NCBI GenBank assembly: GCA_004195035.1
Contig: SGBD01000003.1
Location: forward strand, 133,981-165,980
From: Candidatus Acidulodesulfobacterium ferriphilum
GTDB lineage: Bacteria > SZUA-79 > Acidulodesulfobacterales > Acidulodesulfobacteraceae
Length of the DNA stretch: 32,000 bases
Direction of reading: 5' to 3'
The notes under the pieces: model-generated
Databases searched by the model: none
What the model was told of the DNA's origin: nothing
Seen by the model: only the letters and a program-made list of their open reading frames with translations
Translations under genes and position numbers: made by a program
Part shown: positions 1 through 6,730 of the stretch, piece after piece
Position numbering within the stretch: position 1 is the stretch's first letter
Layout of the letters: each line of letters begins with the position of its first letter

Positions 1-134
1 CAAATATATGTGATTTCTTTGAAAGCCTAAAATTTAAGTATTCGGAATTGGACGGATTATATGATTTATCGGAAGATGTTGAGATAAGCATTGATAGACT
101 ATTAGCCGCAATGGAAGAAGAAAAGGGGCAATAA
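1..134 (+). CDS. 3' end of an unidentified gene truncated by the window edge
   Basis: Frame 3 is open from the window edge (...NICDFFESLKFKYSELDGLYDLSEDVEISIDRLLAAMEEEKGQ*). Its TAA (132-134) overlaps the next ATG (134-136) as TAATG, a typical translational-coupling junction. No recognisable motif. Confidence 0.4.
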   Translation, partial: NICDFFESLKFKYSELDGLYDLSEDVEISIDRLLAAMEEEKGQ

Positions 135-844
135 TGGGCGCACATAAAAGGGTTGATTTTAGCGAAAGGGATAAACAATTATTATATCTTTTATATAAAC
201 ATAGGTATTGTGATTTTACGGCTTTAACTATGTTGAATATTAAATATGATACTTTATATAGACGATTAAAGAAATTAATTAAATCCGATTATGTTAAAAA
301 ATTAAATTCTGAAAATATTAAAATCGAAATTTACAGCTTAACGCAAAAAGGCGAAAACTGGCTTACTCAAAACATCGAGCAGGAATTTAATAAACCGATT
401 TTAAGTAAAATTAAAACATCGTCTTTATATAACTTTAATCATCACTTATTAATCGCAAGAATAGGCGCATTATTGGCAAGCAGAAATATCGATTATGAAA
501 TAGATTTAACCTGTAAAAAAGCATATCCAGAACTTAAAATAATACCGGATATAATCATTAAAAAATACGGCGGATTAATCTGCTTTGAAATCGAACTTGA
601 ATACAAAACGGCGGAAAAATACGCAAAGAAATTGTCGCAATTACAGAACAGCGCGGATATAAAAAAGTTAATATATTTGACACAGGGGAAGCCTGATAAA
701 TTACAAAATAAAATATCGATTATAGACCGATATAAGAAGGGTAAAAGTATAGATGAAAGATTTATTGATAACGAAACGAAAAACAAAATAATATTTGTAG
801 AATTAAATAATTTTATTCAGAATATAGACGAATTTATATCCTAA
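134..844 (+). CDS. Replication-relaxation-family-like protein (wHTH plus PD-(D/E)xK-like core), mobile-element associated
   Basis: 236-aa ORF. The N-terminus has a winged-helix-like segment (ERDKQLLYLLYKHRY...TLYRRLKKLIKSDYVKKL). Further on is a nuclease-fold-like core (HHLLIARI ... IIPDIIIKKYGGLICFEIELEYKT), as I recall for Replic_Relax proteins. It sits beside xis/int. Confidence 0.55.
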   Translation: MGAHKRVDFSERDKQLLYLLYKHRYCDFTALTMLNIKYDTLYRRLKKLIKSDYVKKLNSENIKIEIYSLTQKGENWLTQNIEQEFNKPILSKIKTSSLYNFNHHLLIARIGALLASRNIDYEIDLTCKKAYPELKIIPDIIIKKYGGLICFEIELEYKTAEKYAKKLSQLQNSADIKKLIYLTQGKPDKLQNKISIIDRYKKGKSIDERFIDNETKNKIIFVELNNFIQNIDEFIS

Positions 845-907
845 AAAAGAACTAAAAAAATCACACACAAGAACGGACGGAGAAAATAAAAAGAAAATGA
901 AAGAAAC

Positions 908-957
908 GAAAAAGATAAAAAATAATTCAAGTTTTGGCGGAAAAAAGATAAAAAATA
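908..957 (+). repeat. Two near-identical A-rich direct repeats (G-A5/6-GAT-A6-TA)
   Basis: gaaaaagataaaaaata at 908-924 and gaaaaaagataaaaaata at 940-957, with starts 32 bp apart, in the non-coding stretch 845-1231. Confidence 0.5.
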
Positions 958-1012
958 CCGTTCCGTTTTTCGTATGTTGCAGGTCGGAAGGGTATTTTTA
1001 GGGCAAAAGGCA

Positions 1013-1106
1013 CTGTTCCCCTACTCCCACTTAGTAGGTGGTCGGGGAGTTTAAAAAGCCAAACTTCCCGACCACCTACTAAAAGCGTGTGGGAGTAGGG
1101 GAACAG
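1013..1106. repeat. 94-nt inverted repeat forming a 40-bp hairpin (candidate oriT, single-strand origin or structured RNA)
   Basis: Outer stem 1013-1030 (ctgttcccctactcccac) pairs perfectly with 1089-1106. Inner stem 1031-1052 pairs with 1061-1082 over 22 bp with a single G:T(U). The loop is 1053-1060 (aaaaagcc) and there is a 6-nt one-sided bulge at 1083-1088. Confidence 0.9.
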
Positions 1107-1180
1107 CAAAGGCAAAAGCAGAAGCGAAAGACAAAAGCAAAAACCAAAGCAAAAGACAAAGGCAAACTGCGAAAGCAAAA
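1107..1180 (+). repeat. Degenerate purine-rich hexamer array (GCRAAR-like, about 11 units)
   Basis: caaagg caaaag cagaag cgaaag acaaaag caaaaac caaag caaaag acaaagg caaact gcgaaag caaaa, immediately 3' of the hairpin. This array explains the spurious low-complexity minus-strand ORF 927-1178. Confidence 0.7.
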
Positions 1181-1231
1181 TTGAAAAAAAATTATTAATT
1201 ATAAAAATAACTTCTACACGGAAAAAAAATT

Positions 1232-1423
1232 ATGCTGATAAAAATTAAAGAGGTTGCCGGAATGTTAGCGATGAACCAAACAAGCATTTACAAACTTGTT
1301 TATCGTAAAGCTATTCCTTATGTCAAAATAGGCGGAGCTTTAAGGTTCGATAAGGATAAAATTATCGCTTGGATTAATCAGAATAGCTGTGATATGATTA
1401 ATCCGAAAAGTAAGCGTTTGTAA
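1232..1423 (+). CDS. xis: Excisionase / AlpA-type HTH DNA-binding protein
   Basis: 63 aa with a MerR-like excisionase HTH pattern (IKEVAGMLAMNQTSIYKLVYRKAIPYVKIGGALRFDKDKIIAWI). It lies directly upstream of and co-oriented with the integrase. Confidence 0.75.
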   Translation: MLIKIKEVAGMLAMNQTSIYKLVYRKAIPYVKIGGALRFDKDKIIAWINQNSCDMINPKSKRL

Positions 1424-1446
1424 ATGTCGTTTAAGGGGGTGAATCA

Positions 1447-2532
1447 ATGGGCATTTACAAAAAAGCTAACAGCAATAATTTTATGATGAGCAAAACGGTA
1501 AACGGTTTGACTTATTTTAAATCCAGCGGCACAAATTTAAAAATGGAAGCAAGGGCAACTTTCGACCGCTGGGTCATCGAGCTTAAAGAACAAATCCGGA
1601 CCGGCGAGCCGGTAAAGCAGAAACAAGAACCTATAATAAATAATTCTACTTTTTCGGAGCTTGCCGATAAGTATTTGGAATATACCGCCGGACGCTTAAA
1701 AAGCCATAAAGGGCTTTTCACTTTTTACAAAAAACTAAACGGCTATTTCGGAAATAAAACCTTAACGACTATTTCAATAGAGGATGTCGAAAATATGCAG
1801 TCCGATATTTTAAAACAGGGGCTTTCAAACGCATATGCAAACAGGTTATTAATTCATTTTAAAAGAGCGTTAAAAAAAGCGGCCGATTGGGAAATAATAT
1901 CCGACGATGTTCTTAATAAGTTTAAAAAGGTTAAACTCGTAAAAGGGGAAACAAAGCGGTTAAGGTATCTGTCCGAAGATGAGGCGCAAAGGTTTATCGG
2001 TAATTGCGATATTAATTTAAAATCTATCGTAATAACTGCTTTAAATACCGGTATGCGTAAATCGGAAATTCTGCATTTAGCTTGGGACAGGGTAGATTTA
2101 AAGAACCGGATAATCCTTTTAGATAAAACAAAGAACGGCGAAAGGCGAGAAATACCGATAAATCAAACACTTTACGATGTCCTGCTGCAGCTGCCGAGGC
2201 ATATAAGCGGCTATGTATTTGCAAATCCTAAAACCGGCAAGCCTTACAATAACGTTAAAAAGAGCTTTGGATCGGCGTTAAGAAAAAGCCATATTTTTGA
2301 TTTTAGGTTTCACGATTTAAGGCATACTTTTGCAAGCTGGCTTGTTATGGGCGGGGTAGATTTAACGACCGTTAAGGAACTGTTAGGGCATAAGGATGTC
2401 AGGATGACTTTAAGGTATTCTCATTTAGCGGCAAGTCATATATCTAATGCCGTTAAGGTTTTAGAAAAAAACTTTACCGTTTCTTTACCGCAGGAACAAA
2501 AGCAAAAATCCGAATATCTTGAAAGTGTTTAA
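1447..2532 (+). CDS. int: Tyrosine-type site-specific integrase
   Basis: 361 aa with a GGGGGTG RBS 6 nt upstream. Catalytic-domain hallmarks are present: LNTGMRKSEIL (Arg), HDLRHTFASWL (His-x-x-Arg), LLGHKDVRMTLRYSHL (His ... Tyr). Confidence 0.95.
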   Translation: MGIYKKANSNNFMMSKTVNGLTYFKSSGTNLKMEARATFDRWVIELKEQIRTGEPVKQKQEPIINNSTFSELADKYLEYTAGRLKSHKGLFTFYKKLNGYFGNKTLTTISIEDVENMQSDILKQGLSNAYANRLLIHFKRALKKAADWEIISDDVLNKFKKVKLVKGETKRLRYLSEDEAQRFIGNCDINLKSIVITALNTGMRKSEILHLAWDRVDLKNRIILLDKTKNGERREIPINQTLYDVLLQLPRHISGYVFANPKTGKPYNNVKKSFGSALRKSHIFDFRFHDLRHTFASWLVMGGVDLTTVKELLGHKDVRMTLRYSHLAASHISNAVKVLEKNFTVSLPQEQKQKSEYLESV

Positions 2533-2537
2533 ATATC

Positions 2538-2613
2538 TGGTGGGCTGTCCCGGGATCGAACCGGGGACCTACTGATTAAGAGTCAGTTGCTCTACCGATT
2601 GAGCTAACAGCCC
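2538..2613 (-). tRNA. tRNA-Lys (anticodon CUU)
   Basis: The reverse complement reads GGGCTGT TA GCTC AATCGGTA GAGC A ACTGA CTCTTAA TCAGT AGGTC CCCGG TTCGATC CCGGG ACAGCCC A CCA. This is a full cloverleaf with a 7-bp acceptor stem, a TTCGATC T-loop, anticodon loop CT-CTT-AA and an encoded CCA. Confidence 0.93.
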
Positions 2614-2851
2614 ACATAAATGAATAAATAAAAAGGCAAGCGTATTATAAACATTATACTCGATAATTATATACTATTTTTATTTTTTTAGTCAATTCTT
2701 TTCACAATTAGTGATATACTTCTAAATAAGAGGCTGCATTTTAGGGTACCTGCTTAAAGCATTTACGGCAGGCGTAAAAGATAAAGGATAAAAATAACTT
2801 AAGTTTCTCGGTAAATGCGGGAGGCGGATAAAAAGATTATCCGAAAGGCAT

Positions 2852-3502
2852 ATGATATTTAAAAATCGGCAGGAAGCGGGAAAGCTTTTAGGGAAAAATT
2901 TATTAAAGCATAAATATAAACCGGAAAAAACTGTGGTTATAGGTTTATTACGGGGCGGGATTCCTGTTGCTTATGAAATTGCAAAGGCATTGAACGCGCC
3001 TTTAGATGTTGCATTAGTAAGAAAGATAGGCGCCCCGGATCAGGAAGAATTAGCCATAGGGGCGATAGTGGACGGTGAAAATCCGAAGGTTTATCTCAAT
3101 AAATCTTTAATATCCCGTATCGCAATGCCCGAAGGTTATATCGATAGAGTTAAAGAGATTAAGCTCGAAGAAATCAGGAAAAGGGAAAAAATTTACAGAA
3201 AAGGGGGGGGAAGGATAGATGTTCACGGCAAAATAGCAATAGTTGTGGACGACGGTATTGCAACGGGCGCTTCCATCAAGGTTGTAATAGAGGCTTTAAA
3301 GGAAGAAAAACCTGAAAAAATAATAATCGCCGTTCCTGTTATCCCAAAAGACACTCTAAACGAATTAAAAAAAACTGTAGATGATGTTATAGTTCTGGAT
3401 GCCCCCGAAGAGTTTTATGCCGTAGGAGAGTTTTATGAGGACTTTGGTCAGACAACGGATGAGGAAGTAATCTCGCTTCTTCAAAAATCGAAATCTAAAT
3501 AG
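2852..3502 (+). CDS. Phosphoribosyltransferase-family protein (type I PRTase fold, substrate unknown)
   Basis: 216 aa with the PRPP-binding signature IAIVVDDGIATGASI and the N-terminal pattern VIGLLRGGIPVAYEIAKALNAPLDVALVRKIG, typical of stand-alone predicted PRTases. Confidence 0.8.
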   Translation: MIFKNRQEAGKLLGKNLLKHKYKPEKTVVIGLLRGGIPVAYEIAKALNAPLDVALVRKIGAPDQEELAIGAIVDGENPKVYLNKSLISRIAMPEGYIDRVKEIKLEEIRKREKIYRKGGGRIDVHGKIAIVVDDGIATGASIKVVIEALKEEKPEKIIIAVPVIPKDTLNELKKTVDDVIVLDAPEEFYAVGEFYEDFGQTTDEEVISLLQKSKSK

Positions 3503-3510
3503 GTGAAAAT

Positions 3511-3526
3511 TGTGATTTAAATCAAT
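3511..3526. promoter_or_regulatory. CRP/FNR-family-type operator candidate (TGTGA-N6-TCAAT, also readable as GTGAT-N4-ATCAA)
   Basis: tgtgatttaaatcaat lies 112-127 nt upstream of the DUF59 start codon. An extended -10-like TGaTAAACT (3545-3553) begins 29.5 bp from the box centre, which is class II activator geometry. A twin site lies at 6488-6503. Confidence 0.4.
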
Positions 3527-3637
3527 TTAATTGAATTATATATTTGATAAACTTAGATTTAGAGTTTTAGAAGAAAAGACATCTTATATTAATGTTAAGG
3601 CAAAAATTTATAAGGCTTTTTAAATCGGAGGTTTATC

Positions 3638-3946
3638 ATGGCCATAGTTAATGAAAATGATATTTTAGAAAAATTAAAAGATATAGTTGACCCTGAACTC
3701 GAAGTTAATATAATTGATTTGGGGCTGGTTTATAAGGTGAATATAGATGATAACGGAAATGTTAGGATAGATATGACTCTAACGGCTAAAGGGTGTCCGA
3801 TAAGCGATGTGATAAAGTACGAGGTAGAAGAAGCGCTCAAAAGTATTTCCGGTGTCAATGCCGTAAGCGTCAATTTTATTTGGGAGCCGGAATGGAGCCC
3901 GACGATGATAAAAGACGGCGCATTAAAAAGGCTAAAAACCCGTTAA
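3638..3946 (+). CDS. DUF59 / SufT-MIP18-like Fe-S cluster assembly protein
   Basis: 102 aa with a GGAGG RBS. It has the characteristic DIVDPELEVNIIDLGLVY ... MTLTAKGCPISD pattern with the conserved Cys. Confidence 0.85.
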   Translation: MAIVNENDILEKLKDIVDPELEVNIIDLGLVYKVNIDDNGNVRIDMTLTAKGCPISDVIKYEVEEALKSISGVNAVSVNFIWEPEWSPTMIKDGALKRLKTR

Positions 3947-3989
3947 TTTTTTAACCAGTTTAATATTTTAATACAATTATAATATCATA

Positions 3990-5252
3990 ATGAACGCAAC
4001 TGACAGCTCCATTAATATAGCGCTGAGGCATATTAAAACGGCCTTGATATTTTTGCCGATTTTTTTCATCGTAATGTTCCTCGACTCAAGAAGCTTTAGC
4101 GTCTATTTTTTTATGAACACAAAAATAATTTCTCTTACGCATATATTTACTCTCGGTTTTTTGATGATGGTCATTATGGGCGCTTCTTATATGCTTTTAC
4201 CGGTGGCGCTTGGCGTAAAAATTGCTTATGAAAAGCTTTTCTTCCCTGTTTATTATGTTTTTGTCGTTTCTTTATCGTTATTTGTTATAGGAATGCATTA
4301 TTTAATTCCCGTTTTAATAGCAGTGGGCGGGCTTTTTTTATTTATTTCTATTTTGACTTATAACATTAATATACTCATAAGCTTAAAAAAAGTAAAAAAA
4401 TGGGACTATTCGGCATTAGGAATTGCTTTCGCCTATTCTTATCTTTTTATAGGTTTATCGATAGGATTATATCTATCATTATCATTTTATTTTAATATAG
4501 GTTTTAATCTTTACGATATATTGAAAGACCATATTTATTTGATGTTTGCCGGCTTTGTCGCTATGCTTTTTATAGCTGTTTCCTACAGGCTTCTTCCGAT
4601 GTTTTATATGACAAAAACGCCTCCTAATTACTTTTGGAAAACTGATTTAACAATTATTAATTTGGGTATTATTGCCATACTAATCTCGTCGTTTTTTAAC
4701 GGAGGAACCGGTTATATTTATTTTTACTTGAACGATGCAGGCGAAACGCTTTTAGGTCTTGGAGTCTTGTCGTATTGCTTTATATTTTTTAATCTTATGC
4801 TGAAAAGGCTTAAAAAGAAACTTGATATCACTACATTTTATTTATATAGCGGAATTATATTTTTAGTTATAACGGCTACTGCCGGTTTATTGTTAATCAT
4901 TATACCGCAAAGGACTATGGACTTAAATTACGGCATATATTATTCCTTTGGATTTACCGCTCTTTTTTGTTTTGCGGGTATGATTATCATCGGGTTTTTG
5001 CATAAAATATTCCCGTTTTTGATCAGTCTGAAAATATTTGAAAAGGCAAAGAAAGGAGCGTATAACAAACTTTTTAGCAATATGAAAGCCAAATATTTCG
5101 AATACTTAATCTTCGGTCTTTTTTTAACCGGCGGGCTGCTCGGTATGTTCTCCTTATTGCTTATTTACATGGTTCTAATTAAAATTACCGCCATTATTCT
5201 TTTAGTTTCTTCTATATTGCTTTTAATCCATATATTTTCAATGGAATGGTAA
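3990..5252 (+). CDS. Polytopic (~12 TM) membrane protein of unknown function with a repeated His motif
   Basis: 420 aa, almost entirely hydrophobic helices. There is an internal repeat HIFTLGFLMMVIMGASYMLLP / HIYLMFAGFVAMLFIAVSYRLLP, plus GFLHKIFPFL. It is loosely reminiscent of NnrS or heme-copper-oxidase-like heme-binding membrane proteins, but no family could be assigned. Confidence 0.75.
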   Translation: MNATDSSINIALRHIKTALIFLPIFFIVMFLDSRSFSVYFFMNTKIISLTHIFTLGFLMMVIMGASYMLLPVALGVKIAYEKLFFPVYYVFVVSLSLFVIGMHYLIPVLIAVGGLFLFISILTYNINILISLKKVKKWDYSALGIAFAYSYLFIGLSIGLYLSLSFYFNIGFNLYDILKDHIYLMFAGFVAMLFIAVSYRLLPMFYMTKTPPNYFWKTDLTIINLGIIAILISSFFNGGTGYIYFYLNDAGETLLGLGVLSYCFIFFNLMLKRLKKKLDITTFYLYSGIIFLVITATAGLLLIIIPQRTMDLNYGIYYSFGFTALFCFAGMIIIGFLHKIFPFLISLKIFEKAKKGAYNKLFSNMKAKYFEYLIFGLFLTGGLLGMFSLLLIYMVLIKITAIILLVSSILLLIHIFSMEW

Positions 5253-5319
5253 ATAAATTATCCCTTCGCTCCTTTAAGGAATTGGCGCAGGCGATGGGCG
5301 AGCAGAGGGGGGTAATCAA

Positions 5320-5856
5320 TTATCTCCAGACTTTTATCGTATAAAGGTCTTCGCCTGTTTCTTCCGTTAAAAACTTATACCCGGCGTCTTTTAACCTTGG
5401 GTATAAATGTATGGGTTTTCTTTCGTGGGTTATATATAAGGCTTCGCCCTCTTTAATATTTTCTAAGGTTTCAAATATCTTAAGAAGGGGTTGCGGCGGT
5501 TCAAGCCCTCTTACATCTATTTCCACGCCTTTTTTATGGGCTAAATTCTTAAGGTCTTCGTCGGTGAAGTTTTTTTCATCTGCTTCTTCCGATACCTTAA
5601 TGGGTTTCTTGCCTGTTTTATCTCTAAAAAATATTATCTGAAATCCTTCCTGTGTTTTATTCGTGATGTGTTCAAAACCCTTATTTTTTAAAACGGAGTA
5701 AAGCGGAAACGGTTCAAAGCTGTTTGTTAAATCCAAAGCCTCATCCTCTTTTAATCCGTTAATCGCCTTCATAATTCTTTGAAACGGATCTGCGCCGTTT
5801 TTAATATCTTCCCTGACATCTAACTTAATTCGTTTTAAATTATTTATGGTTTCCAT
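5320..5856 (-). CDS. Tandem DUF2249-domain protein
   Basis: 178 aa with a GGAGG RBS. Two repeats have the DUF2249 pattern: LDVREDIKNGADPFQRIMKAINGLKEDEALDLTNSFEPFPLYSVLKNKGFEH and IDVRGLEPPQPLLKIFETLENIKEGEALYITHERKPIHLYPRLKDAGYKF. Confidence 0.8.
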   Translation of the reverse strand: METINNLKRIKLDVREDIKNGADPFQRIMKAINGLKEDEALDLTNSFEPFPLYSVLKNKGFEHITNKTQEGFQIIFFRDKTGKKPIKVSEEADEKNFTDEDLKNLAHKKGVEIDVRGLEPPQPLLKIFETLENIKEGEALYITHERKPIHLYPRLKDAGYKFLTEETGEDLYTIKVWR

Positions 5857-5876
5857 AATTATAACCTCCTACGTTT

Positions 5877-6371
5877 TTATTTGATTGTTCTCATCTTTTC
5901 CATTATGCCTTCTTTTTCGTCTGCGGTTAAGTGCATATCCGCCATATTGAATAATATGTGGTCTTCCTTGTCGATATGTTCCGATAAAAGGGAAGCAAAT
6001 GAACCGCCGACGGATACGACGGTTTTATAGTTGCCGCCGGCTTGATAGTCTTTAATGCTTTTTTTAAAATCTTCCGAAAGCTCTCTGCTGTGCTTGTGTT
6101 CAATAAGCATAACATGTATAGGGCCTGTTTCTAAACCTATATAATTTCCGAGAACGGGGAATAAAGCCTCTTCCTCTTTTTTAAAATGAATTTCTAAATC
6201 CTTATCGATAAATGCGGTTATTTCATTAAGTTGATTTATAAGGTTTTTTCTTAAACTATCCGAGGAGCTTGCCCCAATCTTTTTTAAATACCCTTCAAGA
6301 TTATTTAAAACTCCTCTGACGATTTCGTGGTCGCTTCTTAAAGACATAATTGGGTCGAGATTTGTATCCAT
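5877..6371 (-). CDS. Hemerythrin-like (HHE cation-binding) di-iron protein
   Basis: 164 aa with an AAGGAG RBS. It has spaced His/Glu ligand motifs: LRSDHEIV, LEIHFKKEEEALFP, MLIEHKHSREL, LLSEHIDKEDHILF. It lies 20 nt upstream of the DUF2249 gene on the same strand. Confidence 0.85.
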   Translation of the reverse strand: MDTNLDPIMSLRSDHEIVRGVLNNLEGYLKKIGASSSDSLRKNLINQLNEITAFIDKDLEIHFKKEEEALFPVLGNYIGLETGPIHVMLIEHKHSRELSEDFKKSIKDYQAGGNYKTVVSVGGSFASLLSEHIDKEDHILFNMADMHLTADEKEGIMEKMRTIK

Positions 6372-6487
6372 AATCGATAGCTCCTTATTTGTTCTGATTT
6401 ATTTAATTTATTTCCAACTTTTTAACAAATTAATGAAAGAACATAATATGATTTTATCATAATTTTATCATATAATTAATTTTACGC

Positions 6488-6503
6488 AGTGATAAATATC
6501 ACA
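6488..6503. promoter_or_regulatory. CRP/FNR-family-type operator candidate (AGTGA-N6-TCACA, also readable as GTGAT-N4-ATCAC)
   Basis: agtgataaatatcaca lies 117-132 nt upstream of the hemerythrin start codon (minus strand). A minus-strand TAAAAT (6467-6462) begins 28.5 bp from the box centre. A twin site lies at 3511-3526. Confidence 0.45.
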
Positions 6504-6730
6504 AAAATATAAAAAAAATTATATTAAAATATAATTAAATTATTGCAGGCATTTTATTTTATGTACGAATATTAATTATATATGTATAAGCGTGAGAAAC
6601 ATTGATAACATTATGTTATAATTTTAGATAATATATGATAATATATAACATGGCATAGCAATAAGCGGCAGCAGAAAATCGTAACTGCCAATCATAATCA
6701 AACCATAACCAAAAATAAAGGAGAGCGTAA

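Larger units (their letters stand above)
1..2537. mobile_element. Right-hand portion of an integrative (tRNA-targeting) element; left boundary off-window
   Basis: A xis-int module ends 5 nt from the 3' CCA end of tRNA-Lys. A replication-relaxation-like gene and a structured non-coding locus lie upstream. No second copy of the tRNA 3' segment occurs in the window. Confidence 0.6.

Noticed and set aside
927-1178. 83-aa minus-strand ORF (MLSQFAFVFCFGFCFCLSLLLLPLL...)
   Set aside because: It is the translation of the hairpin plus the pyrimidine strand of the hexamer array. It is low-complexity (FCF/LLL), has no RBS, and spans an inverted repeat.
2819-2851. A GGAGG at 2820-2824 separated from ATG 2852 by a perfect 7-bp hairpin (cggataa aaaga ttatccg, 2825-2843), as a possible split or structured RBS for the PRTase gene
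   Set aside because: A weak conventional SD (AAAGG, 2844-2848) is also present. A single short AT-rich hairpin is insufficient evidence for a regulatory device.
2614-2851. Possible riboswitch or ncRNA, or a tRNA promoter, in the 238-bp spacer between tRNA-Lys and the PRTase gene (TCAC-N5-GTGA at 2702-2714; repeated gcattt; cctgc/gcagg stem)
   Set aside because: There are only short, weak pairings and no motif I recognise. A minus-strand TTGACT (2695-2690) with an ATATAA -10 is plausible for the tRNA promoter but too weak to call.
5253-5319. Possible terminator hairpin (cccttcgctc ... gagcagaggg) between the convergent membrane-protein and DUF2249 genes
   Set aside because: Only about 6 imperfect pairs with a loop of about 30 nt and no T-tract. 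It is not convincing.
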